64,000 nt of DNA from Lama glama (taxonomy: Eukaryota). Every line of letters starts with the position of its first letter. The first letter of the stretch is position 1. Positions 37,112 to 51,403 of this stretch are shown here, piece by piece. A program made the position numbers and the translations under genes. The stretch lies in contig CM052832.1 of NCBI GenBank assembly GCA_028534125.1, positions 14,820,001 through 14,884,000 of the forward strand, in the 5' to 3' direction. Below the pieces are notes generated by a model. That model had not been told where the DNA came from, ran no database searches, and saw only the letters and a program-made list of their open reading frames with translations.

Positions 37112-37878
37112 TAAAAAAAAGTGGTAAAAAAGCACAGACATAGCATTAAATTTACTATCTTAACTATTTTTAAGTGTACAATTCAGTAGTGTTAAGTATA
37201 TTTACATTGTTGTGCAATAGATCTCTAGACCTTTTCCATCTTGCAAAACTGAAACTCAACACTCATTAAACCATAATTCCCTCTCTCCCCTTCCCCAGCT
37301 CTCAGCAACCACCATTCTAGTTTCTGTTTCTATAATTTGACTGCTTTAGGTACTTCCTATGAGTGGAATCACATAGTATTTGTCCTTTGTGACTGGCTTA
37401 TTTTGCTTAGCATCATGTTCTTGAGATTCATCTATGTTGTCACATGTGACAGAATTTCCTTCTTTTTAAGTCTACATAATATTCCATCACTTTTTAAGTA
37501 TGCATCACTTTTTATTTAGTCATTCACCATTGATGGAATGTGGTTTGCTTCCACCACTTGGCTATTGTGAACAGTGCAGCAATGAACGTGGGTGTACACA
37601 TGTCTCTTTGAAACCCTGCTTTCAATTCTCTGGGGGATATACCCATAATGGGGATTGTTAGATCATAGGGTAATTCTATGTTGAATATTCTGAGGAAACT
37701 CCATACTATTTTCCATAGTAGCTGCACCATTTTCTGTCACCACCAACAGTACACCAGGGTTCACATTTCTCCACACCCACACCAACCCTTGTTTTCTGTT
37801 TTTTGTTTTTGTTTTTGTTTTTTTAATAATAGCCATCCTGATGAGTATGAGGTGGTATCTCATTGTGGTTTTCATTTG
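37112..37878 (-). mobile_element. L1M 3' fragment
   Basis: ORF 37663..37908(-) contains [20 protein letters not shown] (ORF2 C-terminus), followed by L1 3'UTR. Confidence 0.85.
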
Positions 37879-39064
37879 GAAGGTCCCCAGGTGACTCCCA
37901 GATGGCACCTGGGAGACACTGTGAGATCAGAGCTCTAAGATGTTTCCCAGTTCGGAACAAGCCTGTGGCACCGAGTATGGGGGAACATGTGATGACAGAA
38001 ACAGAGAGGCCTCTGTGCCCCCATAGCTCAGGGGGCTCTGCACCCACCGTAGCTCATCTTTGCGCCCTCTGATTCTCCTGACCCGGGGCTTGCTGTCAGC
38101 CTGCGGCAAAGTTATCTGGGGAGTTCTGGCAGGTGGAACTCCCTGTTTCTGCTTGTTAAGGATGAAAAGCACAGCCTGTGGAATTTGCCCCAAGGCAGAA
38201 AGTCAAATCTTCACCTTGAAGGCACAAAAGACAGCTGGGACGGCTCTCTAATTTGCTAAAATCCACCTCTATTGCTGAGGTAGTGGAACTGCCAGATGGC
38301 ATCAGCCTCCCAGGCAGCCGCTGCAGAAAAAAAGCTGAGGCATCAGAGAGGAAAATGCCCTGCCTTTCGTCCATCAGAATGTCAGGGCTCCAGGCTGGCC
38401 TGTCCCCACAGTCAGCCAGGGCGCTCAGCCCCACGCGGAGGGGAGCAGCAAGGTCCGAACAGAATCGTGACTTTCTGAATGGCCCTTGTGCACGTCCAAT
38501 TAACTGCCTTCCCCTTCAGCTCTCCTGGCTGTGCAGACTGCAAGGAGCTATGATGCCAGGCGGCTATGGCAAAGGAGGGAGCACAGCCTGGATACTGGAA
38601 GGCCGGTGCAATGGGCCCACAGAGCCGCCACACCGCCCAGGAGCGTTATTTCTGGCGTCGGCCATGGGGGCTGATTTGTGCCTTCCTCCTGCTCCATCTG
38701 GTCCTCCCTGGCAGGGCTCCCGGCTTGATTCACCACCAGCAGGGCCATATGTCCTGCCAGCCCTCGGAGGGCCTGCAAGTGACAGGGGCGGGGAGGAAAG
38801 ATGAAAGCTAATTTCTTTCCTTTCCACCCTGCTGGCCCTGAGGGAGGAGGGCCCCCAACCTGTCCCAAGTGCCCCAGAACCCCAGGTGGAAACTCCATAT
38901 GGGCGGAGTTCTGGGAAGCTGAACACTGGAATTCCTTTCTGGTACTGGAGGCCACCCATCCCTCCCTCCCCACCCAACCCCTTAGGGGCTGGTGCAGGCT
39001 TCGGTGGGCGCCCGGGAAGTCTCCTAAGGGTAGCAGCCTGGGCTCTGGTTCAAACAAGCCTGAG

Positions 39065-39430
39065 ATAGACTCTCCAAAGGTGGCCACACCCATCCTCCCT
39101 GCTGTCACCTGAGGCTCCTCCCATCAGGGGGTGGGGTCTGTCTCCCTTCCCTTGAATCTGGAAGGGCTTTGTGACTTGCCCAGGCAAATGGGATGGAAGT
39201 GACCTTTCGGAGACCTAGCCAATTCTCCCCTGCTCTCTGGGAAGCTTGGAGGACTGAATGCTGAGCCACCACTTGGGGAAAGAGAGGCCACGTGGGCGAA
39301 TGCCAAGTGAGGCCTTCTAGACCTTCCAGCCTAGCCCAGCCACCAGCTGAGGGAGCAACCCTAGTTATCACCAAAATCCACAGACATTGTTCACAACACA
39401 AACTACGAACCTCCATGAAGCCTAAGATAC
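39065..39430 (+). mobile_element. MLT1-like MaLR LTR fragment
   Basis: catcagggggtggggtctgtctcccttcccttgaatctgg...ttgtgacttgc...gaagtgac; ccagccaccagctga. Boundaries are approximate. Confidence 0.55.
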
Positions 39431-40279
39431 AAGTGGATGAGGCAAACCAGCGACAGCCATGAGACTTATCTCTGTCGGGGAAGGAGCAGAAGGAAGCAAT
39501 AGGGGCAGCAGCATCTGGTGACCTGGAAGTAGGAGAGCCCCAAATAAGCGACAGACATTCATCATGGTAAAGATGGGTGCTAATTTCAGAAGACACTGGA
39601 GTGTGGCTAAGAGCAAGGGGCTTAAAGTGGCCAAGTAGTCTAGCTCCTAAAAACTCCTGGAGGAGCCCCTCCAAGGCTCTCTGCCCTGAGGGCTCAGGAC
39701 CCCACTTGGGAGAAACTGCTGGTTGTGGAATAAAATTGAGCTGTAGATCAGCGACGATAGAAATGAAGGCAAAATGGCCAGAGAAAAGTAGATGTGCCCA
39801 TGATGAGCTGATTGCCTCCAGGCTCCAACAGCCCTTTTCTTTCTCATATCAGATGAGCTCACAGGGAATCATATACATTTCCCCGTTCTGTCCGCCAAAA
39901 AGGCTAGACACAATGATCAATCCAGCAGCAATGAGCAACAGTAGAGCATGAATTGTGGTCTTGAAATATCATTTCCTATGAAAAGTTTCTTGGAGAAACG
40001 CCTGGTTTCAAGTCTGGAGCAAGAAGGCAACAAAGGTCAAGATGAGGCTGGACCACCTTGACATACCAGCTAGCAGGAGGCTCTCAAAGACCGGTAGGAT
40101 GACATGGATGACATCAGAAGTCTCAGTGGACCATGTGAGCTTTAATAATGATAAGAGTTGCAATGGATTCATGTCAATCAAGTATATTTCAATCTGTAGG
40201 TTCATAATGCTATTAAAAATTAATTGGTCATCTTGATAGGAAAGCAACTTATTATCTTGGAGATTGGTAGATAAAAGAA

Positions 40280-42362
40280 ATGAATGTACTTAATACCATT
40301 GAACTGTACACTTAAAGTTGGTTAAGGTAGTAAATTTTATGTTATGTGTATTTTAGCACAATAAAAAATTGAGGGAAAATATCTGCAAAAAAGTCAATTT
40401 ATCTCATTCTTCTACATTTGAGCCTTTTTTTTTCTTCATTTTTAAGTAGACCTTGTTTTTAGAGCAGTTTTAGGTTGGCAGTAAAATTGACCATGGAGAG
40501 AGTTCTCCTGTATTGCCCACCCCTCTACCCTCAGTCTCCCCCCCTATCAAATCCAGCACCAGAGTGGTACGTTTGTTACAATCAATATTTGTACAATTTA
40601 AAAAATGTGTTATTTTGAACTAATTTTAGGCAGAGAAAAGTTGCAAGAATAGTAAAAACAGTTTTCTAATATGCTTCACCTTGCTTCCCTTAATGTTAAT
40701 ATCTATATAATTGAGAATAAGAAGTTAACATTGGTACAGTATTTTTAGTTAAAGTACAGATACTTTAATATCATAAATTTTTCACTAATTTCCTTTTTTG
40801 CTTCCAGGATCTGATCCGGATCCCACATTGCGTTTAGTTGTCATTTCTCCTTGGTCTCCTTCCATCTGTAACTCTTTCCTTGTCTTTCATGACACTGATC
40901 AAAAAAATATTTTTTAATGAGCAGACCAAAACAGTTTTTTTAAAGGAAGAACAAAGTTGGAAGACCTACACTACCTGATTTCAAGCCTATCTGTAAAGCA
41001 GCAGTTTCAAGAAAGTGTGATATTGGTATAAGGATAAAACTACAGATAATGGAAGAGAAAATAGAGTCCAAAGTAGATCCACAGATTTATGGTCTGTTAA
41101 TTTTCAGCAAAGGCATCAAGGTAATTCAATGCAGAAAGAATAGTCTTTTCAACAAACGATGCTGGAAGAACTAGGTATCTATTTTTTACAAAAAGAATCT
41201 CAGTATTTATCTTCTACCACTTACAAAATTTAACTTAAAGTCGATCATAGATGTAAATATAAAAGTAAAAAACTTTTAAAAGAAAACATAGGAGGATATC
41301 ATTGTGACCTTGGTATAGGCAAAGATTTCTTAGCTAGGACATAGAAAGTGTGGGTCATTTAAAATTAGACTAATAATAAATTAATTAATTGAAAATTTCT
41401 GGTCTTCCAAAGACACTGTTAAGAAAATAAAAAGGGAAGCCACAGACTAGGAGAAAATGTTCATAATATTTATCTGAGAGAAGGACTGTTATCCAGATTA
41501 TATAAGTAACTCTTACAACACAATATTAAGAAGAAAAATGATCCAATTTTTTAAATAGGCAAAAGAGTGAATTGTACATTTTAAAATCATCGAGATGGTA
41601 AATTTTATGGTGTGTATATTTTGCCACAATTAAAAAAAATGTTTTAAGCGGGCAAAAGTTTTGAAAAGACCTTTCAGAAAAGAAGATATGGAAACATCAG
41701 GTCACACACCTGAAATAGATACGATGTTTTGTCAGTCATACCTCAGTAAAGCTGGGGAGCAAAAGAAAAAACAATCTATGAATGGCCAATAAGCACAAGA
41801 TAGGATGCTTAACAGTATTGGTGATCAGGGAAATGCAAATTAAAACTATGAGATACCACTACATACCTGTTAGAATGGGTAAAAAAATGATTAAAAAAAT
41901 TTTTGACAATTGTAAATGCTAGCAAGGACACAGAGTAACGGGAACTCATATTGCTGATTAGAATGTAAAATGGTGATGTCACTCTGGAAAACAGTTTGAC
42001 AATTTCAAATAAGTTTTTTGCATATATATATTTTTATTGAAGTGTAGTCAGTTTACAATGTGTCAATTTCTGGTGTACAGCATAATGCTTCATACATGAA
42101 CATACATATATTCGTTTTCATATTCTTTTTCACCATAAGTTACTACAAGATATTGAATATGGTTCCTTGTGCTATACAGTAGGACCTTGTTTATCGGATT
42201 TCCAAATAAATTTTAACACTCACCTCCTATACAACCTAGCAATCCCACTTCTGAGTATCTACCCAAGAGAATGAAAGCATATGTCCATATAAACACTTGT
42301 ACACCTATGTTCATAGCAGCTTTATTCATGATAGCCAAATCTAATAACCCAGATGTCCATCT
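40280..42362. mobile_element. Composite of L1 fragments in both orientations
   Basis: Sense ORF2-like segment ~40930-42360 (aaggaagaacaaagttggaagacctacactacctgatttcaag; gaaatgcaaattaaaactatgagataccac), antisense 3'UTRs at ~40430-40900, and a younger L1 3' end at ~42015-42197. Confidence 0.8.
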
Positions 42363-45300
42363 AAAACATTTTCTTACATTTAAAGTAATACTAGTAAGTA
42401 ACATTTCTTGAGCACCTGCTTCGTGTAAGGCACAGCCCCAAATGCATCATTTATACAAACTCTTTTACTCTTCCCCACAACTCCACAAGGTTGGGAATGT
42501 TGTTATTTCCAGCAAAGAGATGAGGAAACCAAGGCACAGAGAGGCTGAGATCAGCCCAAAGCCCCACAGTTACAAAGTGGCAGAGCTGAGGGTTGAAACG
42601 GGCCATGGAGCTCCTGAATCTCTGCTCTCAACTGCAGAGGTTAAGAGGCTATCATGGGGGATGGAGAGGAAACTCTCCCGGCCGGTGTGGCTGCCTTGCT
42701 TGTCCTGGTGGACTGTAGGAAGACGATACAAAAAATTGAGGTAGGCGTTTCGAAACCAAAATGCACCACAAGTTTTATTCATTTCCTTAAGAAGTCTTTA
42801 CTGAGCCCCTCCTGTATGCCAGGCACTGTCCCAGGCTGCTGGGGCTCCAGCCATGAGCATCACATGCAGAAATCCCTGCCCTTGTGGAGCTGACATCCCT
42901 TCCCATGCCTCAGTTTTTCCAGCTGTAAAAGAGTTACTCAAAGCTGTCTAAGGAGACAGTTAAAAAGAAAACAAGTGAGTCTGAGAAAGGCTTAGAGGTA
43001 TACAGGTGACAATGGATAAACCAGACCTTGACAGCAACGTGTACCACCAATGGAGGCAACAGATCCAACAGGCTGTGAACATGTGGTGTTCCCTGAACTC
43101 TGTCTGCTGTTTTTGCCTCAGCACTAGTCATTATCAAATAATTCAGGAAAATAATCACAGCAGCTCCAGGCAGATGAGGTCAGAGGCACTGCCCCAAACA
43201 GTGACAGGCACAGAAGTGGCAGCCACAGAGGGAGTTGTCCCTGGTGTGGTTTGCCCGTGTGGAGGGGAGGATCATGCTCCATTTAGAGGAGAAATCACGC
43301 CTTCAGCCCCAAGGCAACAGATGTGAGTGACGTGTGTGTGTGGGGGGGGAGGTGTGTGTGTGTGTGGGGTGTGTCCAGGAATGTATCAGGAGCCATCTAT
43401 CTACAGATCGCAAACTCATATATGCTGTGGGAACCATAAATGAAAATTCGCAGCACAGATGGCTCTTTTGAGGTTTCTTCAAGAGTAGGAGGTGATGTGC
43501 TAGAGGATTAGGAATCTATTCTAGATAGTGTCTGTTGAGGGTGTCTGGTTTACTGTTGTCACAGCCAGTGCCTCACTGTACCTGCCCTCCACCTTGTTCC
43601 GAGAGCCTCCCAGAAATAGAGGCCACCGTGCTGGCCACAGGGGTGCTGCTTCCCAGGTCCCCTCTGCTCTTTCTGTGACCAAAGAAGGCTCTGGAACCTC
43701 AGAAGGAAAGGAACTGCAATTAGAAAATCTTTACGAGCCATAGTTTATTCATTTACAACTGGAGAGACTCCAGGGGGGCCCTGGGGACCCAGACCCTGAC
43801 TTCCATCTTTAGCAGCAGCCCTCAGGATTTTATAGCTTTCTCAAAGTCGGTGGTTCTCAATGTTGGTGGCTTTAAAACTGCTGCTGCCCATACATATGTT
43901 CACCAGAAAACATGTATAAGAATATTCTTAGCAGCTTTATTTATAAACACTGGGGAAAACTTAGATGTCTATCAATTGGTAAATGGATAAACAAATTGTG
44001 ATATATCTAGACAATGGAATGCCACTACCAACAAAAAGGAATGAATTACTGATGCCTGTGACATGGATTCTCACAGACCTAATGATGGAGAGGGGCAGGC
44101 AGCCAGACACAAAGTAATACATGCTGTGGGGACATGAGTCAGAATAGTGTGTACCCGGGACTGGGGGTGGCGGACATTGACAAGAAAGAAGTACTTCTGG
44201 GTATTAGTCATGTTCTCTCTCTTGACCTGGATGATAATTAACAGATTCATTCACACACACACACACACACACGAAAATACATTGAGTTAAAACCTTAAGA
44301 TTTATGCACTTTAATGTAAGTATACTACACATCAAGAAAAAATTAAAAAGCAAAATACTAATGCCTGGGCCCCAACCCCTGAGTGTCCAACTTAATTGGT
44401 CTGGGGTGTGCCTGGGTAAATGGGTTTTTAAAAGCCTCCTAAAGGATTCTAACCCGCAGCAGGATGAGACTGAACCTCAGGAGAGCCAGAGTCCCTCTTC
44501 TCAGTGCTCTGAATTCTGGCCTCTGACTCCCTGCCCCTGACCATGGCCCCAGCAGGGAGACCCCCAGGGACAGCTTGAGGCTTTGCAGTCAGGGTCCAGT
44601 TCCATCAATTTTTACCTCTGTGACCTTGAACAAGAAACATCTATCTTTCCAGGCCTTTTTTGTTTGATTGTTGGTTTTTTGGGGTTTTTTATGTGTGCAT
44701 TTTTTTTGTGTGTCTTTAACAAGTGGCAGGGGATATACACATGCACAATACAGGGTGGGAGTGATAAAAATGGGGTTGGTCTTTATAATCTCTATTTTTT
44801 GGAAAATGTTTATATTTTTCACATATGTATATGCACTTTTTATGTTCTAGTTCACATATATAAGCTTAAAATACAATTCTTTTTGGTAATAACTATTTTT
44901 TATATTAGATTCATAGGAATATTTATATTTTAGTGACCAATAAACTGTATTTTAAAACATGTTATACTATTAGTTTAACTGGATTTCATTTTATTTTTTT
45001 CCTAAATTTTGCAATAGTGGTTTTCTAAGAGGTTTTTTTTCCCCCCATTTTTTAAATTGAAGTACAGTCAGTTTACAATGTTGTGTCAATTTCTGGTGTA
45101 CAGCATGATGTTTTAGTCATATGTGTACAAACCTATATTCCTCTTCATATACATCTGATCCTGTCACTACTGCTTGAAACCTTTCCATGGCTTTTCATCA
45201 CACTTTGAATAAAATCCTGCCTCCTGCCTGAGGCCATCATGCCTGTCCAGGTTCGCCTTGTTCACATGTCCCGGCCACACTGGCTGCCTTTCTGTTCAAG

Positions 45301-47703
45301 CGCTCCTCTGCAGCAGAGCCTTGGGCTGGAACCCTTCCTCCAGCCTTTTCTCAATCCATGCTTGACTCCTCCATTACTCTGGTTCACCACACCCTGATCA
45401 TTTTCTTCATAGCTCCCAGCACATAATAGAGGTATTTGTTGCTTAGTGTGGGGTCCATGTGTGTCTCTGTCCCCACTCTTGCCCCACCACCTGGCCCAGT
45501 GCCAGGTGCTCAGTGCCTAACTGCTGAAAGGATGCACTGCCATCTGAGAAGTCTTTTGAAGTGTCAGAGGGTATTATTATTATTTGTCTTCCTTCCTCAC
45601 TCAGTCACCTCTAATCTCCTCTGCTCACCATGGTGTTGCTGTTTATTCCTGAAACATTTATTAAATATCCCAGCCATGTGCAAGATGTTATGTTAACTGC
45701 TGGGAGGACACAGAGAAGAGCAAGGCATGGTTCCTGCCCACGAGAAGGCTCTGTCCGGGGATGGAGACACCACAGGGCCACCATCCAAGGGTGCGCTGGG
45801 AAGTGCTGTGGGGTCCTTCCTCATCCTCTTCTCACTCCACATCCTCTCTAGGTGATCTCAGATCCTCACAGGGTCTTAGATGGTTCCCTGACCTAATCTA
45901 ACCCAGCTCTCTCCTACAGGACACATTCTGAGCTCTTTAAAATTATCCCAAGTATTTTCACCACTGTGTCTCACAGGCACAAATGCAACAAAATCTAAAA
46001 CTGAATTCATCTCTCTTAAACAATTTAGCAGTATTTCAGATAAACAGAAGCATAGCTTACTGAGGTAATGACATTGAAATGCCAGTTAACTGTTAGAGGG
46101 GAAATTTTTACATCAGGAGACTTTCCAGGAGGATAAGAGATTTAAACATAAAAACTTAAGTCACATAAAGACCTTGAATATTTTCAGAAGTGAGCAGGAG
46201 AGTCGTTGGATGGTTTTAAGCAAGGGAGTGACATGGTCTGATGTTGTAGCAGGATCATTCAAGCCACTGTCAGGGAAGAGACCTGGAAGAGGATATTTCA
46301 ATGGACTGCATTCCAGTGTTGCTACTGGGAAGGGAGTGGTCACAGCTGTCTTTTCCTGCTGGCTGCTTTTAAGATCTTTTCTTTATCTTTGTTGTTCTTC
46401 AACTTCATTATGATAGGTTTAGGCATGGATCTGCTTTTATTTATTCAACTTGGGATTTGATGATCCCAGGTAATCTGAAGTGTGTTGTCTTTCAAGAATT
46501 CTGGAGGATATTCTGATGGTGTCTCTTTCTCATATTCTCTATTATTTCCTTGTAAGACTTCACACAAACATGTGTGAAGCCTTTCTCACTCTATTCTTCA
46601 TAGCTCAAATCCCTTCTCTCAAATATCCCAGCTCTTTCAATCACTAGGCTACACTGTGAGAAAATTGTTTTTTCTTCTATCTCCCATTTCATGATTTTTC
46701 TCCTTGAGTGTGTTGGATCTGTTTATTCTTTTTTTTTAAATTAAGTTTTAAGTTTCAATCAGTTTAGTTTTCATTATGAGAAGTTTTCTTGTTTCATTTT
46801 CCAAATCTGCTTGACCAGTTCTTAGATTATGTTGTTCCTTGTCTGTACCATCTAGCTTTTTTTTATTTTAAGTTTCTGCAAATGTGTATGAATATTTTTT
46901 AAAATTGTGGCAAAATATACATAAGATTTACTATCTTAACTATTTTATTTGTACAGTTCAGTAGTGCCAAGTAATTCACACTGTTGTAAACCAGTCTACA
47001 GAACTCTTTCCATCCTGCAAAACTTGTTTTAAAATACTTGTTTTTAAATAATGAAACCACAAAAATACTTGAAAGACCTATATGTGAATATTATGTAATC
47101 TTGAGATGCAGCGTGACTTTTTAGGCATTGTACTAAAGTCTGAAACCATAAAGATTTGAATATAAAGAAACGTGAAACTTCAGAATGCCATGAAAATTGA
47201 GACAAACAAAAAAAACAGGGATATTCTTGAAAAATATGTGACAAAGGGTTAACAACTTTAACATGTAGAAAGTGACTTCAATCAATAAGGAAAAAACTCT
47301 ACATAGGAAAACAGGTAATGGAAAAGAACAATTTATAAAAGAAGGAACACAAATGCCTAAAAAGAAAAGAAAAATGTTTAACATGGAAGTAATCAGGAAA
47401 AGCAAATCAAAAGTGCAATGAGATTAGTATATTTTATCTATTAGATTGACAGAAATGAAAAAGAATTATCCAATATGAGCAGAGTTAATGGAGAAGAGGG
47501 CCTTGATAGTAACTTTTGGTGGTAATGTAATTGATAATGCCTTCCTGGAAGTCAGTGTGACAAGTGTCAAAACCTAAAAATGTGTGCTTTGTTACTCAAC
47601 AATTACACTTCTAGGAATTTGTCCTCAGGAAAATATTGGAGAAGGCTGCAGATTAGTATATGGTCTCGTTAGTTATAATAGTGAAGGCTTAAAAAAAAAG
47701 AAG

Positions 47704-47714
<11 letters not shown>

Positions 47715-47748
<34 letters not shown>
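47715..47748. repeat. (CA)17 microsatellite preceded by (TA)n
   Basis: Read directly; about 650 bp upstream of the RPS10 TOP tract. Confidence 0.95.
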
Positions 47749-47751
<3 letters not shown>

Positions 47752-48219
47752 CTCTCTGCAGTCATAATAGTGTTGATTAAACTATCAGTGGACTACTACG
47801 TAGGCATTATAATTGCAGGTATTAACTCATATGAAAAGAGAATCATGATGTATTGGTAAACAAACAAAAAAAAGCAGGTTAACCAAATATACCGTAACCT
47901 ACATACAAAACATGCCATTTGTGTTAAAAAATATATTTCCTTGGGTGCGTGTGCGTTTACAAGAACATGTACGAAAAAGTTAATAACGGTTCTTTGCTTG
48001 GTGGGATTCTATTTTTATTTATTTATTTATTTATTTACTTAATTATTGCTATTGCTGTTATTACTGTTTTGCCTGTATGGTCTCTCTTTTCCCTCGTTCA
48101 AAGAGCATATATTACTTACACAATAATAAGTTAAATGATCAACGACGGAAAAGGAAGAAAATAAAGAGTAGCGAGTTTCTAAAGAGCCTGGCCAAGAATA
48201 AAGTGACCGTATATTGACA

Positions 48220-48930
48220 AAGTACGCTGAGTCAGAAGTCCCCAGAAGCGCTTTCCCCGTGCGCGTGTGCTCCAGGCAGTCAGGGCTCTCCGCCGCACGG
48301 AGCCGCCAGTTCCTCAGGCACTGCCGAGGCCAGCCCAGGCAGCGCGCGGGTCCTGACAGGGGGCGGGGCACGGCAGCCCGGAAGAGACGCTGCGCTGCGC
48401 ATGCCCTTTCCTTTCCAGCTCCGGCCCCGGACGCAACAGCCGTCGCGGTGAGTTTCTCTGGATTCCGGGTTCCATCGGCCCCCATCCTGGCTCTCTCGCC
48501 GCCGTAGTCGCCTTGCTTTCCCGGGGTTGGCGCGAGAGGTCCCTCTCCTGCTCCTCGCACGCTCATTTCTGAGCAATGAGAGGGGCCAGGGGTTCGCTTC
48601 ACGGGGAAGTGGGGTGCTGGCAGGCGAAGATTGGCGTCCTGATAGCGGAGGGCCTAGAAGGGGAGGATGAAGCCCTTGCGTGGTGGGGACTAACCGACCG
48701 AGGCTACGGAGACTGCGCCCCTCTTGCAAGCTTTTCCTTCGGAGCAGACCTCCACCCCGAGCTGCCTCCTTGCCTGGCCATGGAGCTCTAGTTTGGAGGA
48801 AGAGTAGAAGGGGATGAGGCTGCGAAGGCCTTAGCCTTCTGGTTTGGGGTCGGCGGCCTGTCCTGAATTGAGAGCTTTCCTCTGGGTCCTCCCCGCGCAC
48901 CTGAAACTACCGCCGCGCCGTTCCTCGCTA
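48220..48930 (+). promoter_or_regulatory. RPS10: RPS10 CpG-island promoter
   Basis: CpG-dense block in CpG-poor surroundings. GC box GGGGGCGGGG 48359-48368, ETS/GABP-type CCGGAAG 48378-48384, NRF1-like TGCGCATGCCC 48396-48406 overlapping the start of the TOP tract. Confidence 0.9.
48404..48447 (+). other. RPS10: RPS10 non-coding exon 1 with 5' terminal oligopyrimidine (TOP/TCT) tract
   Basis: CCCTTTCCTTTCC at 48404-48416, followed by a short GC-rich leader and donor GCG|GTGAGT at 48448. This is typical ribosomal-protein gene architecture. The exact start site within the tract is uncertain. Confidence 0.9.
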
Positions 48931-49112
48931 GGTAGAGTTTATGGTCCCCAGTTACTCCTACAGGGTCTGCGCCTTTTATGTCTTTGTGGTTGTGAGAGTG
49001 AAAGTCTGGAGCGAGTATGCACCCCAGCCCCGTTTTGTTTTTAATGTCTAGGGAACTTTTTGCTCACCTGAGTCGTTTTTCGAAGGTGGATTAGGGAGCT
49101 AGAAACTATTAG

Positions 49113-49475
<363 letters not shown>

Positions 49476-49653
49476 TGACGTTCAAGGCAAATTCCAAGGA
49501 GAGGTCAGGACAGCCAGAGCTGCTTGCTACCTTGAAGGGAAGTGAGGTAGATACACCTTGAAAACTTGTCTACTGTGCAGTTTAGCGTCCCTTTGCACTA
49601 GATTTCTCCCTTGAATCCTTTAATTGGGTCTTAACAGTAGTTTTCTGTCTTAG

Positions 49654-49848
<195 letters not shown>

Positions 49849-51301
49849 TGAGGGCCTGCTCTTAAGTTATTGTTTCAGGGAGGAGGGGTATGCGTGGAAT
49901 GGTGGGGGTTTTTGTGTAGGATGTGGAGGTGGTCTTGTTAACGCACTATTAATTGCTTTTGAGGGACTCTGGCATGCAGGACCTCAGGTCAAGTCCTAGA
50001 ACCTTTGTCCCCCGTCATGGCACTTGTAATGGAACTGGACTCTGGTCTGCAGGCCATCCCAGGAGACAGCGTTAAATACGGAATATTAGTCTCTGGCCAG
50101 ATGAATGTGGTGGAGCATTGACTAATTTTTCCAGGAGAGAAGTGCTTATCCCCAAAAAGCCCAGAGCAAAGCTGTTGACCACATGTGAAAGAAAGTTCTT
50201 TAGAGTTTCTTGGCAATGGGAGCAAAAATAATCGAAGTTAAAGAGGGGAGGATGGATGTAGAATACATAATAGTGTGAAAGAACATGCTTCTTGGCAGGG
50301 GAGGGGATTACCTTCTGATCATTGCTGGCTCATAGTGGTCATTTGTCAAGGTTATGGTTCCCTTTCCATAGGTTCTGAAAAAGCTTGTCCAAGGAACTTT
50401 GTAGGAGGAGCAGTTTGTGAGTCTTGAGTGATGAGGTGCAGAAATTCCTAAAAACATGATCATTAGACTGTCCAGGTTCTCTGGAAAGAGACTTCATGCA
50501 GCACAGGCATCTGCGTTTTTTATGACCACTGCCTAGGGGATTCTGGCGGTTAGGTAGCTAGAATTAGCGCAGAGGTTCTTCACTGCATCTTGGAATCACT
50601 GAGGGCAGGGGGTGCTGATGCCACTGTTTGTTCCCACACAGATTCTAATTTGCCTTGGGTGGGGCCTCACATTTATTTAGCTACTATCTGCAGGTTCAAT
50701 CTTATTTCTTCTACTTACAGAAAAAGTTCATATTGTAATAATACGGACCCAGTAATTTCCAGGGTAATATGTAGAGAGAATACTAGATGAACCTTCCAGT
50801 GTTTATGAGAATTTTTTTTTAAAGTAGTGTTTAAAATCTGCTTTTCATATCCCACAGCCTATCGAGGTAAAAGAGAAGCCCAAAGGGGAACTAAAGGATT
50901 CAGTGACATCTATATATTTATAAAGAGATGGGGCTTGCAACTTAGGATGACTTTTCTGTTTGCACAGGAAGTTTTTCACTTCAGAGATGGGTCATATTTA
51001 AAATTTTGGCTATTCATATGTTTGTAGAAATGGCTGGGTTTCTTAATTTGCCAAGCAATTGGGAAATGTGTGTTTATGTTGAGAAATACAGTGCAAGAAA
51101 GTAATCTTTTTGCAGATATATGGCATTTTAATTAAGGTGAGTTTTCCTAGGCCTTTGAGGAGCCAGAACATCAATGATGGCAAGTTTCTAGCTGACAGTT
51201 CTGAGTGTAGGAGTTCCTGTCCCCATTAACCCATAATAATAAAATTGTTGCCCAGTGAGAATGGAGAGCAGTTCTAGTTTTTTTTTGGCCTGTGTTCATA
51301 G

Positions 51302-51403
<102 letters not shown>

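Noticed and set aside
48039..48900. 187-aa and 206-aa minus-strand ORFs antisense to the RPS10 promoter
   Set aside because: CpG-island artefacts with no recognisable homology.
50428..50520. Intronic C/D box snoRNA in RPS10 intron 3
   Set aside because: A C-box-like GTGATGA is present but there is no appropriately placed CTGA D box or terminal stem.
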